Source: Chitinivibrionales bacterium (GTDB taxonomy: Bacteria; Fibrobacterota; Chitinivibrionia; Chitinivibrionales; WJKA01). From it: a stretch of DNA of 64,000 bases. Shown piece by piece: positions 9,647-20,050 of the stretch. The notes under the pieces are model-generated. The model ran no database searches and was not told the origin of the DNA. It worked only from the letters and a program-made list of their open reading frames with translations. The position numbers and the translations under genes were made by a program. Position 1 is the stretch's first letter. Every line of letters begins with the position of its first letter. The stretch covers positions 1-64,000 of the forward strand of contig JBBRUX010000006.1 of NCBI GenBank assembly GCA_038247415.1, read 5' to 3'.

Positions 9647-10680
9647 GATCTTTGCTCCACAGCGGCCAATGCAGGTTTTAAAATTGCATCGAGTAGTTGC
9701 GCATAGGTTCCACCAATGCTCGCATACGATTTTGGAGCAAGTGATGCTGGCGTGAGCCCTGGTAATGTATTTATCTCAAGCACATAATAGGTGTTGTCTG
9801 AGAGAATAATATCGGTACGCGTTAACCCTTTACATCCTAGAATAGCATGAGTTCTGAGGGCAATATTTTGCAGCGTTACAAGAATTTCTTTATCACGGTT
9901 GGGTGGCACTATTTCTTCGGATCCATTGTCGGAATATTTTGCTTCAAAATCAAAAAAAGTTGTGTTTTTGGGGCGTATTTCTACAGGAGGAAGCGCACGA
10001 ACATTCCCATCTGGCTGCTCTAAAACGGGAACCGAAAATTCGATGCCGTGTATTGCAGATTCTATAAGAATCTCTCGGGACTCTGTTTTAAACTCAGTAA
10101 CAAGAGCGACAAGCGATGCGCTATCGGTTGCACGTCCCATGAGACGACTTGATCCAGATTGTGGGCACTTTACAAAGCACGGAAACCCGTGGTCGGTTTG
10201 GATTTGCAATGCCGACCAGTCGCCTTCTGGTTCAATAATTGACGATGGAGGAGTAGTGATGCCATAGCGTTCAAAAATAATTTTTGAAGCGATTTTATTC
10301 ATGGCTACGGCACTGGCATACACTCCAGAACCGGTGTAGGCAATTCCCAAAGCATCTAAAAAGCCTTGAATAATACCATCTTCTCCAAAAGAGCCATGAA
10401 GAGCCAAAAATACGCAATCGCACGATGTAAAGAAATTGGTACACTGTGCGAGAGGGCCTTTTTTTACAAAAGCATGAGACGTGGCAACACATTCTACATC
10501 GGCGAGGGAAATTGTTGGGTTTTCTGCTGATGCATAAACCGTAAGGTCTTTTCCAAGTACTAATGCAGTTACCGTATAGGAGTCCCGAGATAGGTGAGAC
10601 ACAACCATAGCTCCAGAACGAAGCGATATCTCATGTTCGGCAGAGGGCCCGCCCATTATAACAATAATATTTTTTTTCAT
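9643..10680 (-). CDS. ddl: D-alanine--D-alanine ligase
   Basis: GGPSAEHEISLRSG, LHGSFGEDG, FFDFEAKY, LEINTLPGLT; start taken at MKKNII. Confidence 0.93.
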   Translation of the reverse strand: MKKNIIVIMGGPSAEHEISLRSGAMVVSHLSRDSYTVTALVLGKDLTVYASAENPTISLADVECVATSHAFVKKGPLAQCTNFFTSCDCVFLALHGSFGEDGIIQGFLDALGIAYTGSGVYASAVAMNKIASKIIFERYGITTPPSSIIEPEGDWSALQIQTDHGFPCFVKCPQSGSSRLMGRATDSASLVALVTEFKTESREILIESAIHGIEFSVPVLEQPDGNVRALPPVEIRPKNTTFFDFEAKYSDNGSEEIVPPNRDKEILVTLQNIALRTHAILGCKGLTRTDIILSDNTYYVLEINTLPGLTPASLAPKSYASIGGTYAQLLDAILKPALAAVEQRS

Positions 10681-10684
10681 AGAA

Positions 10685-12154
10685 TTACCCAAGAAGCTGT
10701 TCTGCAAAGTAGTTTTTAATGTTACCAATACCAATGCGCTCTTGCTGCATTGAATCGCGATGCCGAAGTGTTACGCTCTGATCTGTTAATGTTTGGGAAT
10801 CTATGGTAATGCACCAAGGAGTACCAATTTCATCCTGACGGCGATAGCGTCTGCCAATTGCACCTGCATCGTCATAAAATACCCTGAAATGTTTGCGAAG
10901 GTCTGTATATAATGCCCGAGCTGTTGTATCCATGCCGTCTCTATTTACAAGAGGTAGAATGGCAGCTTTGACAGGAGCAAGTTTTGGATTAAAATGCATC
11001 ACAACACGCTTTTCTTCGGTGCCATCGGCCGAAGGCGCTGTTTCTTCTGCATACGCTGCGCAGATAAAGGCCATACAAGAACGGCTTGCGCCAACCGACG
11101 TTTCGATAACGTATGGCACATAATGTTCCTTGGTCGATTCGTCGAAGTATTTGAGATTTTTTCCACTAAACTCTTCGTGGCGCGATAAATCGAAATTAGT
11201 GCGGCTGTGTATTCCCTCAACTTCCCCAAATCCAAAGGGGAATTCAAATTCGATATCAAATGCATCCTTTGCATAATGCGCGAGCTTTTCGTGTTTGTGC
11301 CATTTGAGCTGTTCGGGTTTCATACCAAGTCCTAAAAACCAGTTCATGCGCTCGGAACGCCAATAATCAAACCAGGTATCTTCCGCTCCGGGTTTTACAA
11401 AAAATTGCATCTCCATCTGTTCAAATTCACGGGTGCGAAAGAGAAAATTTTTAGTATTGATTTCATTGCGGAATGCTTTTCCAATCTGGGCAATGCCGAA
11501 TGGAATCTTTTGGCGTGAAGCGTTTTGAACATTGAGAAAATTGACAAAAATCCCCTGAGCAGTTTCTGGACGCAGATACACAGCACTGTGAGAATCTTCT
11601 AGTGGGCCAATATGCGTTTTGAACATGAGATTAAATTGACGTGCGCTAGTAAATGTATCTTTTTTGCCACATGCTGGGCAATTGATCATGCTGGTGAGGA
11701 TGGTATCGGCCGTTGTCTCGGAAAGAATGGCTGCGGTGAATGCTGTTTCAAAGAATTCATCGGGTTTCTGGCCGCCATACGTTTCTGCATCGAGTAAGCG
11801 AAGTATTTCTTTTTTCTTTTTAAGAGAGAGATCTTCAAGAAGTACATCAACACGATACCGAGATTTGCAGCCTTTACAATCAACCATAGGATCTGTAAAG
11901 TTCTCGACATGCCCCGATGCTTCCCATACTTTAGGGTGCATGAGAATAGAAGCATCAAGGCCTTCAATATTTTCTCGCAGTGTCATTTCTTTCCACCACG
12001 ATTGCTTAATATTATTGAGCAATTCGACGCCTAAGGGACCATAGTCCCAACAACCATTGAGCCCGCCATAAATTTCGCTCGATTGAAAAATGAATCCACG
12101 TCGTTTGCACAGAGATACTATTGTTGCCATAAGATCAGATTTTGACACAGCCAT
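10685..12154 (-). CDS. glyQS: Glycine--tRNA ligase (alpha2 type)
   Basis: CKRRGFIF, DYGPLG, LRPETAQGIF, FRTREFEQME, IGRRYRRQDEIGTP. Confidence 0.97.
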   Translation of the reverse strand: MAVSKSDLMATIVSLCKRRGFIFQSSEIYGGLNGCWDYGPLGVELLNNIKQSWWKEMTLRENIEGLDASILMHPKVWEASGHVENFTDPMVDCKGCKSRYRVDVLLEDLSLKKKKEILRLLDAETYGGQKPDEFFETAFTAAILSETTADTILTSMINCPACGKKDTFTSARQFNLMFKTHIGPLEDSHSAVYLRPETAQGIFVNFLNVQNASRQKIPFGIAQIGKAFRNEINTKNFLFRTREFEQMEMQFFVKPGAEDTWFDYWRSERMNWFLGLGMKPEQLKWHKHEKLAHYAKDAFDIEFEFPFGFGEVEGIHSRTNFDLSRHEEFSGKNLKYFDESTKEHYVPYVIETSVGASRSCMAFICAAYAEETAPSADGTEEKRVVMHFNPKLAPVKAAILPLVNRDGMDTTARALYTDLRKHFRVFYDDAGAIGRRYRRQDEIGTPWCITIDSQTLTDQSVTLRHRDSMQQERIGIGNIKNYFAEQLLG

Positions 12155-12336
12155 GCGAAACTCCTGAAGAATGGTTAAAGATAACTAGTAAATATAGATC
12201 GTGTAGGCAAAAATCGGCAGCTACAAGCGTAACCAGAATAGAATAAGAACTCAAACTAGATAGGCAATAACCGTAAAAAAGCACTTTTTCGGCTATAAAG
12301 ATGAAACTTAACAAACTTTAAGGGGAGATAAATTGT

Positions 12337-12358
12337 AAAAAAGGGAGAGCTCCCCCTT
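12337..12358 (-). terminator. Rho-independent terminator of the pst/pho operon
   Basis: Minus strand AGGGGG-AGCT-CTCCCT followed by a T-tract, just after the phoU stop. Confidence 0.6.
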
Positions 12359-12365
12359 GATTCGA

Positions 12366-13016
12366 TTAGTTTTGATGATGTCGGATAATTCGACCTTCGA
12401 TGAGATATACTACATCTTCTGCAATATTAGTAGCATGATCAGCAATTCGCTCAAGATTACGTGAAATGGAGAGATAATGCAGCATAGGTTCGATTTGCGT
12501 ACCATCTTTTTGTGCTTCGGAAGTGCAGAGCGTAAAAACATCGCGGTTGAGTGCATCTATTTCATCATCGGAAATACAAACTTCGACAGCTAGGTTCGTA
12601 TCGAGATTTACGAGAGAATCGATACTTTTCTTGAGCATGAGAATGGATTTTTCAAACATATTTTTGAAATCGAACCCAATAGTTGCTACCTTGGGAAGTC
12701 GCTCAACGCGCTCCGAAATATTAACTGCCAAATCGCCAATGCGTTCCAGATCGTTGTTAATTTTTAAAACGGCAATGATAAATCGAAGGTCGGTAGCTAT
12801 AGGTTGATGGAGAGCGAGAATTTTTAGGCACTCTTCTTCGACATCGATTTCCATAAGGTCTATTGCATGATCTTGTCCAATAACCTGGTTAGCGAGCCCC
12901 TCGTTTCTCTGAATAACAGCGCGCATTGCACCAAGAAGATTTTCTTCTACCATTGTGCAAAGGGTAAGCAACATCTTTTTTAATTTATCGGTTTCTTTTT
13001 GTAATAATATCGACAT
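12366..13016 (-). CDS. phoU: Phosphate signalling protein PhoU
   Basis: QPIATDLRFI, DLERIGDLAVNI, NLERIADHATNIAE. Confidence 0.95.
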   Translation of the reverse strand: MSILLQKETDKLKKMLLTLCTMVEENLLGAMRAVIQRNEGLANQVIGQDHAIDLMEIDVEEECLKILALHQPIATDLRFIIAVLKINNDLERIGDLAVNISERVERLPKVATIGFDFKNMFEKSILMLKKSIDSLVNLDTNLAVEVCISDDEIDALNRDVFTLCTSEAQKDGTQIEPMLHYLSISRNLERIADHATNIAEDVVYLIEGRIIRHHQN

Positions 13017-13073
13017 GCTGGGTGCTCCGTTCTAATATATTTCTTTGTAAATAAGTATTGTGTAAAGGGATAA

Positions 13074-13835
13074 TCAACCAAAACGTCCAGTAATATATTC
13101 TTCGGTTTGTTCTTGGCGAGGGGTAGTAAATATTTGCTTGGTAGGGCCATGTTCTATGAGCACCCCTTCATAAAAAAAGGCAGTAAAATCTGAAACGCGA
13201 GCTGCTTGTTGCATATTATGGGTAACAATAATAATGGTATATTCTTCGCGTAATTCTGCAATAAGATCTTCGATGCGTGCTGTAGACCGAGGGTCTAATG
13301 CCGATGCTGGTTCATCCATCAAAAGAATTTGAGGATCAACGGCCAAGGCGCGGGCAATGCATAATCGTTGTTGCTGACCGCCAGAAAGTCCCATTGCGCT
13401 CTCATGCAACCGGTCCTTTACTTCCGACCATAGTCCGGCATGGGTAAGACTATTTTCTACGATTTCGGCAAGGTGTGCTTTATTGTTAGTTCCGTGAATG
13501 CGTGGGCCAAAAGCAACGTTTTCGAAAATTGATTTTGGAAACGGGTTGGATTTTTGGAAAACCATACCAACGCGTTTGCGTAATGCAACAACGTCTACAC
13601 CACTGTTGTATATTTCTTGCCCATCAATAGAAACCGATCCTTCAACGCGAGTTCCGTCGATTGTATCGTTCATGCGGTTGAGCGTACGTAAAAATGTAGA
13701 TTTCCCGCACCCCGAAGGCCCAATAAAGGCAGTTACTTGTGTAGAGGGTATTGTCATCGAAATTTTAAATAATACCTGCGTTGAACCATAATAAAAATTA
13801 AGGTCTTTAGTAATAATTTTCTCGTTGAGTTCCAT
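13074..13835 (-). CDS. pstB: Phosphate ABC transporter ATPase
   Basis: [47 protein letters not shown]; start taken at MELNEK. Confidence 0.97.
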   Translation of the reverse strand: MELNEKIITKDLNFYYGSTQVLFKISMTIPSTQVTAFIGPSGCGKSTFLRTLNRMNDTIDGTRVEGSVSIDGQEIYNSGVDVVALRKRVGMVFQKSNPFPKSIFENVAFGPRIHGTNNKAHLAEIVENSLTHAGLWSEVKDRLHESAMGLSGGQQQRLCIARALAVDPQILLMDEPASALDPRSTARIEDLIAELREEYTIIIVTHNMQQAARVSDFTAFFYEGVLIEHGPTKQIFTTPRQEQTEEYITGRFG

Positions 13836-13858
13836 CGTGTGCCCCCGGCGCAAAGTTC

Positions 13859-15643
13859 TTAGCTTCGCGGAAGTTGAATAGAAAAAATGCTGCCCTTGCC
13901 CTCGGTACTTTCAAGCACAACCGTGCCTCCATGAGCGGCAATAATATGTTTAACAATAGATAATCCTAAACCTGTGCCACCCAATTTCTGGCTTCGTGCC
14001 TTATCGACACGATAAAAACGCTCAAAAATACGATCCCGATGATTCGCCGGAATGCCAATGCCCTGATCGGCAACCGCAAGCGTAATAATACTTTGGGTTG
14101 CAGTTATGGAACACGTTACTGTAGTTTGCGAATTGGAATATTTTATTGCGTTATCGATAAGGTTGACAATTGCTTGTTCGAGAAGTTGCGAATTAACGCG
14201 GCCAGTTAATTGATCCGATTCTTTTAAAATAAGCGTGATATTTTTAGCAGTTGCGTTTTTTGTACACTGCGCCAGAGCATTTTGAAATATGGTGGTAATA
14301 TCTCCATCGGAGAGCACTATGGCACTCATTTCGTTTTCTTTTTCGATCCAAGAAAGTGTTAAGAGATCTTCGATAATCGAATTGAGTCTATCTACTTGTC
14401 CCGCAATAATGGTTAAAAACCTTCTGGCATCTTCGGGCGGCTCAAGCGCGCCCATCGAGAGTGTTTCAACAAATCCTTTAATTGACGTCAGTGGAGTACG
14501 CAATTCATGGGATACATTTGCCACAAAATCCCGCCGCACATTTTCGAGTTTGTGCTGGCGTGTTACATCGTTGAGAACGATAAGCGCCCCAATAATTCTG
14601 TTTTGATGGTCGCGTAGCGTTGACCCATGCGCTTGAATATAGCGGATTTCGCCGTCGCGTGGGATTTCCAGATGTGCTTCTAATATTGCGGTGGCAGCAA
14701 GAGCTCGGCTAACAAATTTCTGAATGTCGCTATTGCGCGTTGTTTCGTGAATAAGTCTGCCAATTGCCTGGTCGGGTGCTATGCCAAGAAGCGTTGCTGC
14801 TGCGTGATTAATATTAATGACGCGTTCGGATGTTTCCAGTGCAATGACCCCTTCGGTCATACTCGATAGTACCGCTTCGCGTTCATTTGATTGACGAGTG
14901 ATTGTTCTAATGCGGTCGTGAAGCTGCTTGGCCATCGTCCCCAGCGCTTCGGCTAATTCACCAATTTCATCGGTTCGCGAAATGCCAAGCTTCACAGAAA
15001 AATCGCCATCGGCAATTCTTTGTGCTCCCTGTTGCATGAGGCGAATGGGCTGGCTGATTCCATTGGTTATGAAAATACTTATGATTGCGGTAAGCAATGC
15101 GAGTACTAAACCAATAATGAGCGATTGCTGATAAAAATTGTTGGTTACAAATGAAATGGCAATCATGGGAACAGCGGTACGGACAACACCAATCAAAACA
15201 TCCTTTTTATAGAGAGGGATTGCTACATACAGCATATCTTTCTGAATGGTATGGCTGAAACGGGAGGATATTCCTGTTTTTTGATCCAGCGCATCGAGAA
15301 TCTCAGGGCGAGATTTATGGTTTTCCATGGTTTTTGGATCGGCATCGGAATCACCGATTACGGTGCCATCGGGTGACACAACGGTGATGCGTAATGCAGC
15401 CAGGGTACTAAGCGATTTACAAAGGGAATCTACATGGTGCGGGATAATTCCTGCTGAATCGCTTGCTATCTGTGTGCCAATAAGCTTTGCTCGTGTTGTT
15501 TCTGCGCTAATCGTTTGTTTGAGGTATTCTTTTCTGAATTGTTCTACAGTAAAGAATGTGAGCAGCACCAAAGGAACCATCATGATAAGAATGAACGATG
15601 CGTAAATTTGCCAGAAAAGCGAGGAGAGGCGCCATTTTTTCAT
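13859..15643 (-). CDS. phoR: Phosphate-sensing histidine kinase (HAMP-PAS-HisKA-HATPase)
   Basis: ENHKSRPEI sensor motif, [42 protein letters not shown]; inside the pst operon. Confidence 0.92.
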   Translation of the reverse strand: MKKWRLSSLFWQIYASFILIMMVPLVLLTFFTVEQFRKEYLKQTISAETTRAKLIGTQIASDSAGIIPHHVDSLCKSLSTLAALRITVVSPDGTVIGDSDADPKTMENHKSRPEILDALDQKTGISSRFSHTIQKDMLYVAIPLYKKDVLIGVVRTAVPMIAISFVTNNFYQQSLIIGLVLALLTAIISIFITNGISQPIRLMQQGAQRIADGDFSVKLGISRTDEIGELAEALGTMAKQLHDRIRTITRQSNEREAVLSSMTEGVIALETSERVININHAAATLLGIAPDQAIGRLIHETTRNSDIQKFVSRALAATAILEAHLEIPRDGEIRYIQAHGSTLRDHQNRIIGALIVLNDVTRQHKLENVRRDFVANVSHELRTPLTSIKGFVETLSMGALEPPEDARRFLTIIAGQVDRLNSIIEDLLTLSWIEKENEMSAIVLSDGDITTIFQNALAQCTKNATAKNITLILKESDQLTGRVNSQLLEQAIVNLIDNAIKYSNSQTTVTCSITATQSIITLAVADQGIGIPANHRDRIFERFYRVDKARSQKLGGTGLGLSIVKHIIAAHGGTVVLESTEGKGSIFSIQLPRS

Positions 15644-16341
15644 GAAATTACCCTTTGTTCGTCAAAACGGTAGCCAACGCCGCGTACGGTCTCTATGCTA
15701 TTGCCTGCAGAACCCAGCTTTTTTCTAAGGCCAACGATAATCACGTCAGCCGACCGGTCGGTAACAGGGTAATTGTCCCCTCGAACACCTTCGACAATCT
15801 GGCTGCGTGTAAATACCCAACCGGGATGATTCGCTAAAAAGTAAAGCACTTTAAATTCCATATGTGTCAGTGTGATTTCGCTACCGCTCACCGAAACAAG
15901 GTGACGGCCAGGATGAATTACCATGGTATCGAAGGTAAGAATGGCCGTTTGTTCGACCGCTGCCAAACCTTTACGTCGTAAAATCGATTTAATACGGGCA
16001 AGGAGTACACGTGGGCTGAAAGGCTTCACAATATAGTCGTCGGCACCAATTTCAAGGCCTGCTACTACATCGGATTCCTCGCCTTTAGCGGTAATAATAA
16101 TTACCGGAATAGAGCCTTTAGATGCAGATTTCTTAAGCTGTTTACAGAATTCGAGTCCGTCGACACCAGGAAGCATTAAGTCAAGCAGAATCGCATCAAA
16201 ATCGTTGGTTTGTATTTTCCTGAGGGCATCTTCACTGCTGCTCACGCCCACAACAACAAACCCTTCTCGTACAAGATTGTACGTGATGAGCTCACGAATG
16301 TTTTCGTCATCCTCAACAACAAGAATGTGTTCTTTTGTCAT
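15640..16341 (-). CDS. phoB: OmpR-family response regulator PhoB/PhoP
   Basis: LLDLMLPG, GADDYIVKPFS, wHTH ending ETVRGVGYRF; ATGA overlap with phoR. Confidence 0.92.
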   Translation of the reverse strand: MTKEHILVVEDDENIRELITYNLVREGFVVVGVSSSEDALRKIQTNDFDAILLDLMLPGVDGLEFCKQLKKSASKGSIPVIIITAKGEESDVVAGLEIGADDYIVKPFSPRVLLARIKSILRRKGLAAVEQTAILTFDTMVIHPGRHLVSVSGSEITLTHMEFKVLYFLANHPGWVFTRSQIVEGVRGDNYPVTDRSADVIIVGLRKKLGSAGNSIETVRGVGYRFDEQRVIS

Positions 16342-16418
16342 GGCGTAGGGACTTTCGGCGTCAGGTTACAAAAATTCCATTATCGTACAAGAAAATCAAA
16401 GCATGGTGCACTGTATCT

Positions 16419-17135
16419 CTATGATACAACACTTGTATCCCGGTCGTCATGATGTTTGACGATATGAGATGTAATAAGAAAAATAGATTCTTCTGCGATA
16501 TTTGTCGCAAGATCGCCGATTCTTTCGAGATTTCGGCTCACCCGCAAAATTTCCATGCCTGCTTCGAAGGATTCAAATTGGTTGAGGACAATATTCTTGA
16601 CATGCAGCGACATTGCATGGTTCATGTTGTCCAAAGCGTCGTCTGCTAAGAGCACGAGGTCTGCTTTTTCCCTGTCTTTATCAAAGAATGCGATAATGCT
16701 ATCACCGAGCATGGTAAGCGCTGCAGAGCTCATGTCTGGCAGAACACCAAGAAATTCATTGCCTTCGGATCCATGAAATTCAAGCGTTGCTTCTGCAATA
16801 TTAACGGCATGGTCGCCTATGCGTTCGAGATGAGCGCACACTGTTTGCGCTGCAAGCAGAAATCGTAATTGCCCCGGAGTTGGGGAGCCAAAAGCAAAAA
16901 TTTTAACAATGCCGGCATCTACATCAATTTCAAAAGAGTTTAGCGCCCTATCGTTTTCGATCACCGAGGTTGCAAGTGCGCCATCGGTGGTAAAAAAAGC
17001 TTGTGTTGCCCTAGAAACTGCGTCGCACGCTATGTCGCTCATTCTCTTTAAGTCCCGCAGTATTTGGTCGGGTGTAGGCGATTGTTGAGCCTGAGTCAAC
17101 ACCGGGATAACTGCTTCGGGTAAATCGTGTTCCAT
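16419..17135 (-). CDS. phoU: PhoU paralogue
   Basis: HLERIGDHAVNIAE and NLERIGDLATNIAEE repeats. Confidence 0.9.
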   Translation of the reverse strand: MEHDLPEAVIPVLTQAQQSPTPDQILRDLKRMSDIACDAVSRATQAFFTTDGALATSVIENDRALNSFEIDVDAGIVKIFAFGSPTPGQLRFLLAAQTVCAHLERIGDHAVNIAEATLEFHGSEGNEFLGVLPDMSSAALTMLGDSIIAFFDKDREKADLVLLADDALDNMNHAMSLHVKNIVLNQFESFEAGMEILRVSRNLERIGDLATNIAEESIFLITSHIVKHHDDRDTSVVS

Positions 17136-17147
17136 ATATATAAATCC

Positions 17148-18053
17148 TTAGTTACGCGCTCTTTTTCGCATATAGTAGCGAAGAAAAATGGCTGAAAAAT
17201 TGAGAATAAAAGTAAGCAAAAGCAGTACCAATGTTGTAGCATACTGAATGCCTTTGGTTGCATCTACGTCAGAAGATTGTGTCGACATTATATAAACATG
17301 GTAGCCAAGTTCCATGAATTGATCGGAGAGTTTTGTGGGCAATTGCGGAAGAAAATAAGCAGCGCCAGTAAAGAGAATTGGTGCAACTTCTCCCGCTCCA
17401 CGAGAAATGGCCAGAATGGCGCCAGTTAAAATGCCAGTAATAGAATTAGGTACAACAACGCGGATAATGGTTTGCCATTTAGTAGCCCCCAAAGCAAGGC
17501 TTGCTTCACGCAATTCTCGGGGGACATTGCGGATGGCTTCTTCGACCGATACTATAACAACAGGCAATGTTAAGAGCGCCATGGTTAAACTTGCCCACAG
17601 TAAACACGGTTGACCCCAAATAAGATTGCCTTCGCCAGAAAAAAGTTTATCCAGGGTTCCACCTGCAAACTGCACAAAGAATCCAAGGCCAAAAAGACCA
17701 AAAACAATGGCAGGAATTCCGGCAAGGGTATTTATTGCAAAGCGCATTGTTCTGGAAAATATCGATTCTTGTTTTGCATATTCGCATAAGTATATTGCCG
17801 TAATCGTTCCTACCGGTACTCCAATAGCAGACATGATAATCACTAAAAGAAACGTTCCATAAATGGCCGGGAAAATGCCGCCGCCGGTCATTCCATCCGA
17901 TGGAGCAGCGGAGAGAAATTTCCAGGATAGTGTTCCGGCACCATGAATAATGGTGTCTCCCATAACAAAAACAACCACTGCAATAATGAGAAACGCTGCA
18001 GTTCCGCAAATGCCAACGAGCACTGCTCCTGTAATTTTTTTATTCATTGCCAT
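17148..18053 (-). CDS. pstA: Phosphate ABC permease PstA
   Basis: GGIFPAIYGT, LAGIPAIVFGLFG, EASLALGATKWQTI, RGAGEVAP. Confidence 0.95.
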   Translation of the reverse strand: MAMNKKITGAVLVGICGTAAFLIIAVVVFVMGDTIIHGAGTLSWKFLSAAPSDGMTGGGIFPAIYGTFLLVIIMSAIGVPVGTITAIYLCEYAKQESIFSRTMRFAINTLAGIPAIVFGLFGLGFFVQFAGGTLDKLFSGEGNLIWGQPCLLWASLTMALLTLPVVIVSVEEAIRNVPRELREASLALGATKWQTIIRVVVPNSITGILTGAILAISRGAGEVAPILFTGAAYFLPQLPTKLSDQFMELGYHVYIMSTQSSDVDATKGIQYATTLVLLLLTFILNFSAIFLRYYMRKRARN

Positions 18054-18991
18054 TATTGGCCTCTCATTTTCTTGAGCAGCATTCCCCTAACAAAGAGTTC
18101 GGCAATAGCATTGAGGGTAAATGAGAATGCAAAAAGACAAACCCCAATAAAGAAGAGTACATTATAGTGAGCGTCACCAAAAACCACTTCAGCCATTTCC
18201 GCTCCTATAGTTGCCGACATGGTTCTAACGGGATCGATAAGCGATGGCGAAAGCAATGCTGCATTTCCTGTTGCCATTAACACAATCATGGTTTCGCCAA
18301 AGGCTCTGCCAATACCTAAAAGCAACGCTGCAAAAATACCCGGCATAGCAGAGGGAAGGAGTACAAAAAAAGCAGTCTCCCAACGCGTTGCGCCGAGTGC
18401 ATAGCTAGCTTCTACCATTGTTTTTGGAATTGCATTGAGCGCATCTTCCGAAACTGTAAATATGATGGGGATTGCTGCAATAGAAAGTGCAACTCCTCCC
18501 ACGAGGGCATTGAGTCGATATTGCCATCCAAAGATGTTCTTAAGCAAAGAAGCTAATACGATAAGTGCAAAAAAACCAATAACAACGGAAGGAAATCCTG
18601 CGAGAATTTCAATTGCAGGCTTTAAGATCTCCTTTGACCATTTTGGTGCAAATGATGTGGTATACAGCGCAGCAAGAATAGCAATGGGAGCAGCAATGAA
18701 AATTGCAATGAATGTTACTTTTGCGCTGCCTACAAAAAGAGGTATTATGCCATAGTGCGGATTGTTGGAAACGGGTATCCACGAAAAGTCAAACACTCTT
18801 GATAATTTTACCGGGCCAATATCATCCAGCGCTTTTCCAAGAAAAAGCGGTAAAGATTCCCTCATGACAAAGAGTAGAATGAGCACAATAAAAACGCATG
18901 AGATTACAGCTACCGTTGCAATAGATTTCTCAAAGAGAAATTCGTCAAGACGAAAACGGGCTTTGAGAACTGGTTGTGTAGTGTTCGACAT
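18053..18991 (-). CDS. pstC: Phosphate ABC permease PstC
   Basis: EILAGFPSVVIGF, EASYALGATRWET, GRAFGETM. Confidence 0.95.
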   Translation of the reverse strand: MSNTTQPVLKARFRLDEFLFEKSIATVAVISCVFIVLILLFVMRESLPLFLGKALDDIGPVKLSRVFDFSWIPVSNNPHYGIIPLFVGSAKVTFIAIFIAAPIAILAALYTTSFAPKWSKEILKPAIEILAGFPSVVIGFFALIVLASLLKNIFGWQYRLNALVGGVALSIAAIPIIFTVSEDALNAIPKTMVEASYALGATRWETAFFVLLPSAMPGIFAALLLGIGRAFGETMIVLMATGNAALLSPSLIDPVRTMSATIGAEMAEVVFGDAHYNVLFFIGVCLFAFSFTLNAIAELFVRGMLLKKMRGQ

Positions 18992-19019
18992 AGAACCCTG
19001 ATTGCTAAGGTGTTATCGT

Positions 19020-19055
19020 GCCCGCCCCGACGCGTATGATGCAATCGAGGCAGGC
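19020..19055 (-). other. RNA stem-loop between pstS and pstC (probable mRNA stabiliser)
   Basis: Minus strand GCCUGCCUCGA...UCGGGGCGGGC, an 11-bp stem with two G-U pairs and no U-tract. Confidence 0.55.
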
Positions 19056-19083
19056 TTTTAAAAAATCAAAAAGTACTACTTAA

Positions 19084-19914
19084 TTACTTTACAGGAAAAT
19101 ATCCAACTTCGGTGATAATGGCTTGGCCTTCGGCAGACAACACCCAATCAATGAAAGCCTTGATTGAACCGGTTGGGGCGCTTCGGGTATAAAAGTAAAG
19201 GTATCGGGTAATAGGATACACGTTATTCTTGACATTTTCAGCAGTTGGAGCAAATGCCTGAGATGCTGCATCTTTTTTGACCAGTATCTGATTGATGCCC
19301 TTTGCGTATGCCGCTCCACCAAAACCAATTGCCAATGGATCCTTTGCAACCGCATTCACAACGGCTGCAGTTCCGGGAAGTGTTTGCATCAGAGGAGAAT
19401 AGTCTTTTCCACCCAATACGAAATCTCTAAAGTAAACATATGTTCCCGAACTGTTCTCGCGACCGTACACTACAATCTTGGCATCTTTTCCGCCAACCTG
19501 GTTCCAGTTGGTGATTTCGTTTGTGAAAATTTTCTTCATCTGGTCGAGAGTGAGTTCTTTTACACCGTTTGTTGCATTTACATACACAGAAAGACCATCT
19601 TTTGCAACTTTAGTTTCTACACCAAGGCTATTAAAGCGTTGTTTGAGTTTATCGCGTTCGCTTGTTTTCATGGGGCGAGATGAACTGCAAATATCGGTGG
19701 TGCCATTGATAAGCGCAGAAATTCCAACACCAGAGCCGCCGCCAGTTACCTGGATGGTGGTACCGGCATGTGCTCCCATATATTTTTCGGCCCAGCGTTG
19801 CGCTAGGATAACAATGGTATCGGATCCCTTGATCGTTACAACATTGCCTGCATAGCCAATTACTGCGGCTGCGCAGAGAGCAAGAGAAGAAAGAATCAGA
19901 CCAGTTTTTTTCAT
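19084..19914 (-). CDS. pstS: Phosphate-binding protein PstS
   Basis: Signal peptide; IKGSDT, GGGSGVG, SSRPMK, RENSSGT, YPITRYLY. Confidence 0.95.
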   Translation of the reverse strand: MKKTGLILSSLALCAAAVIGYAGNVVTIKGSDTIVILAQRWAEKYMGAHAGTTIQVTGGGSGVGISALINGTTDICSSSRPMKTSERDKLKQRFNSLGVETKVAKDGLSVYVNATNGVKELTLDQMKKIFTNEITNWNQVGGKDAKIVVYGRENSSGTYVYFRDFVLGGKDYSPLMQTLPGTAAVVNAVAKDPLAIGFGGAAYAKGINQILVKKDAASQAFAPTAENVKNNVYPITRYLYFYTRSAPTGSIKAFIDWVLSAEGQAIITEVGYFPVK

Positions 19915-20007
19915 TTCAGGACTCCTTAAAAAAGTTTTCTTGTAGCGCCAGCATTCCTTACTTTACACTTAAAGAAGATAAATGCTTTCAAAACATTAAA
20001 GATAGGT

Positions 20008-20037
20008 GCACCTGATTTTTTAAGAAAGATCAGGTGC
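20008..20037. other. Inverted repeat just downstream of the porin stop
   Basis: GCACCTGAT-N12-ATCAGGTGC, a perfect 9-bp stem. Confidence 0.5.
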
Positions 20038-20050
20038 TGACAAAGAGCAA

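Noticed and set aside
12308..12323. TTAACA/TTAAGG pair as another Pho box
   Set aside because: 10-bp spacing and wrong orientation for the neighbouring genes
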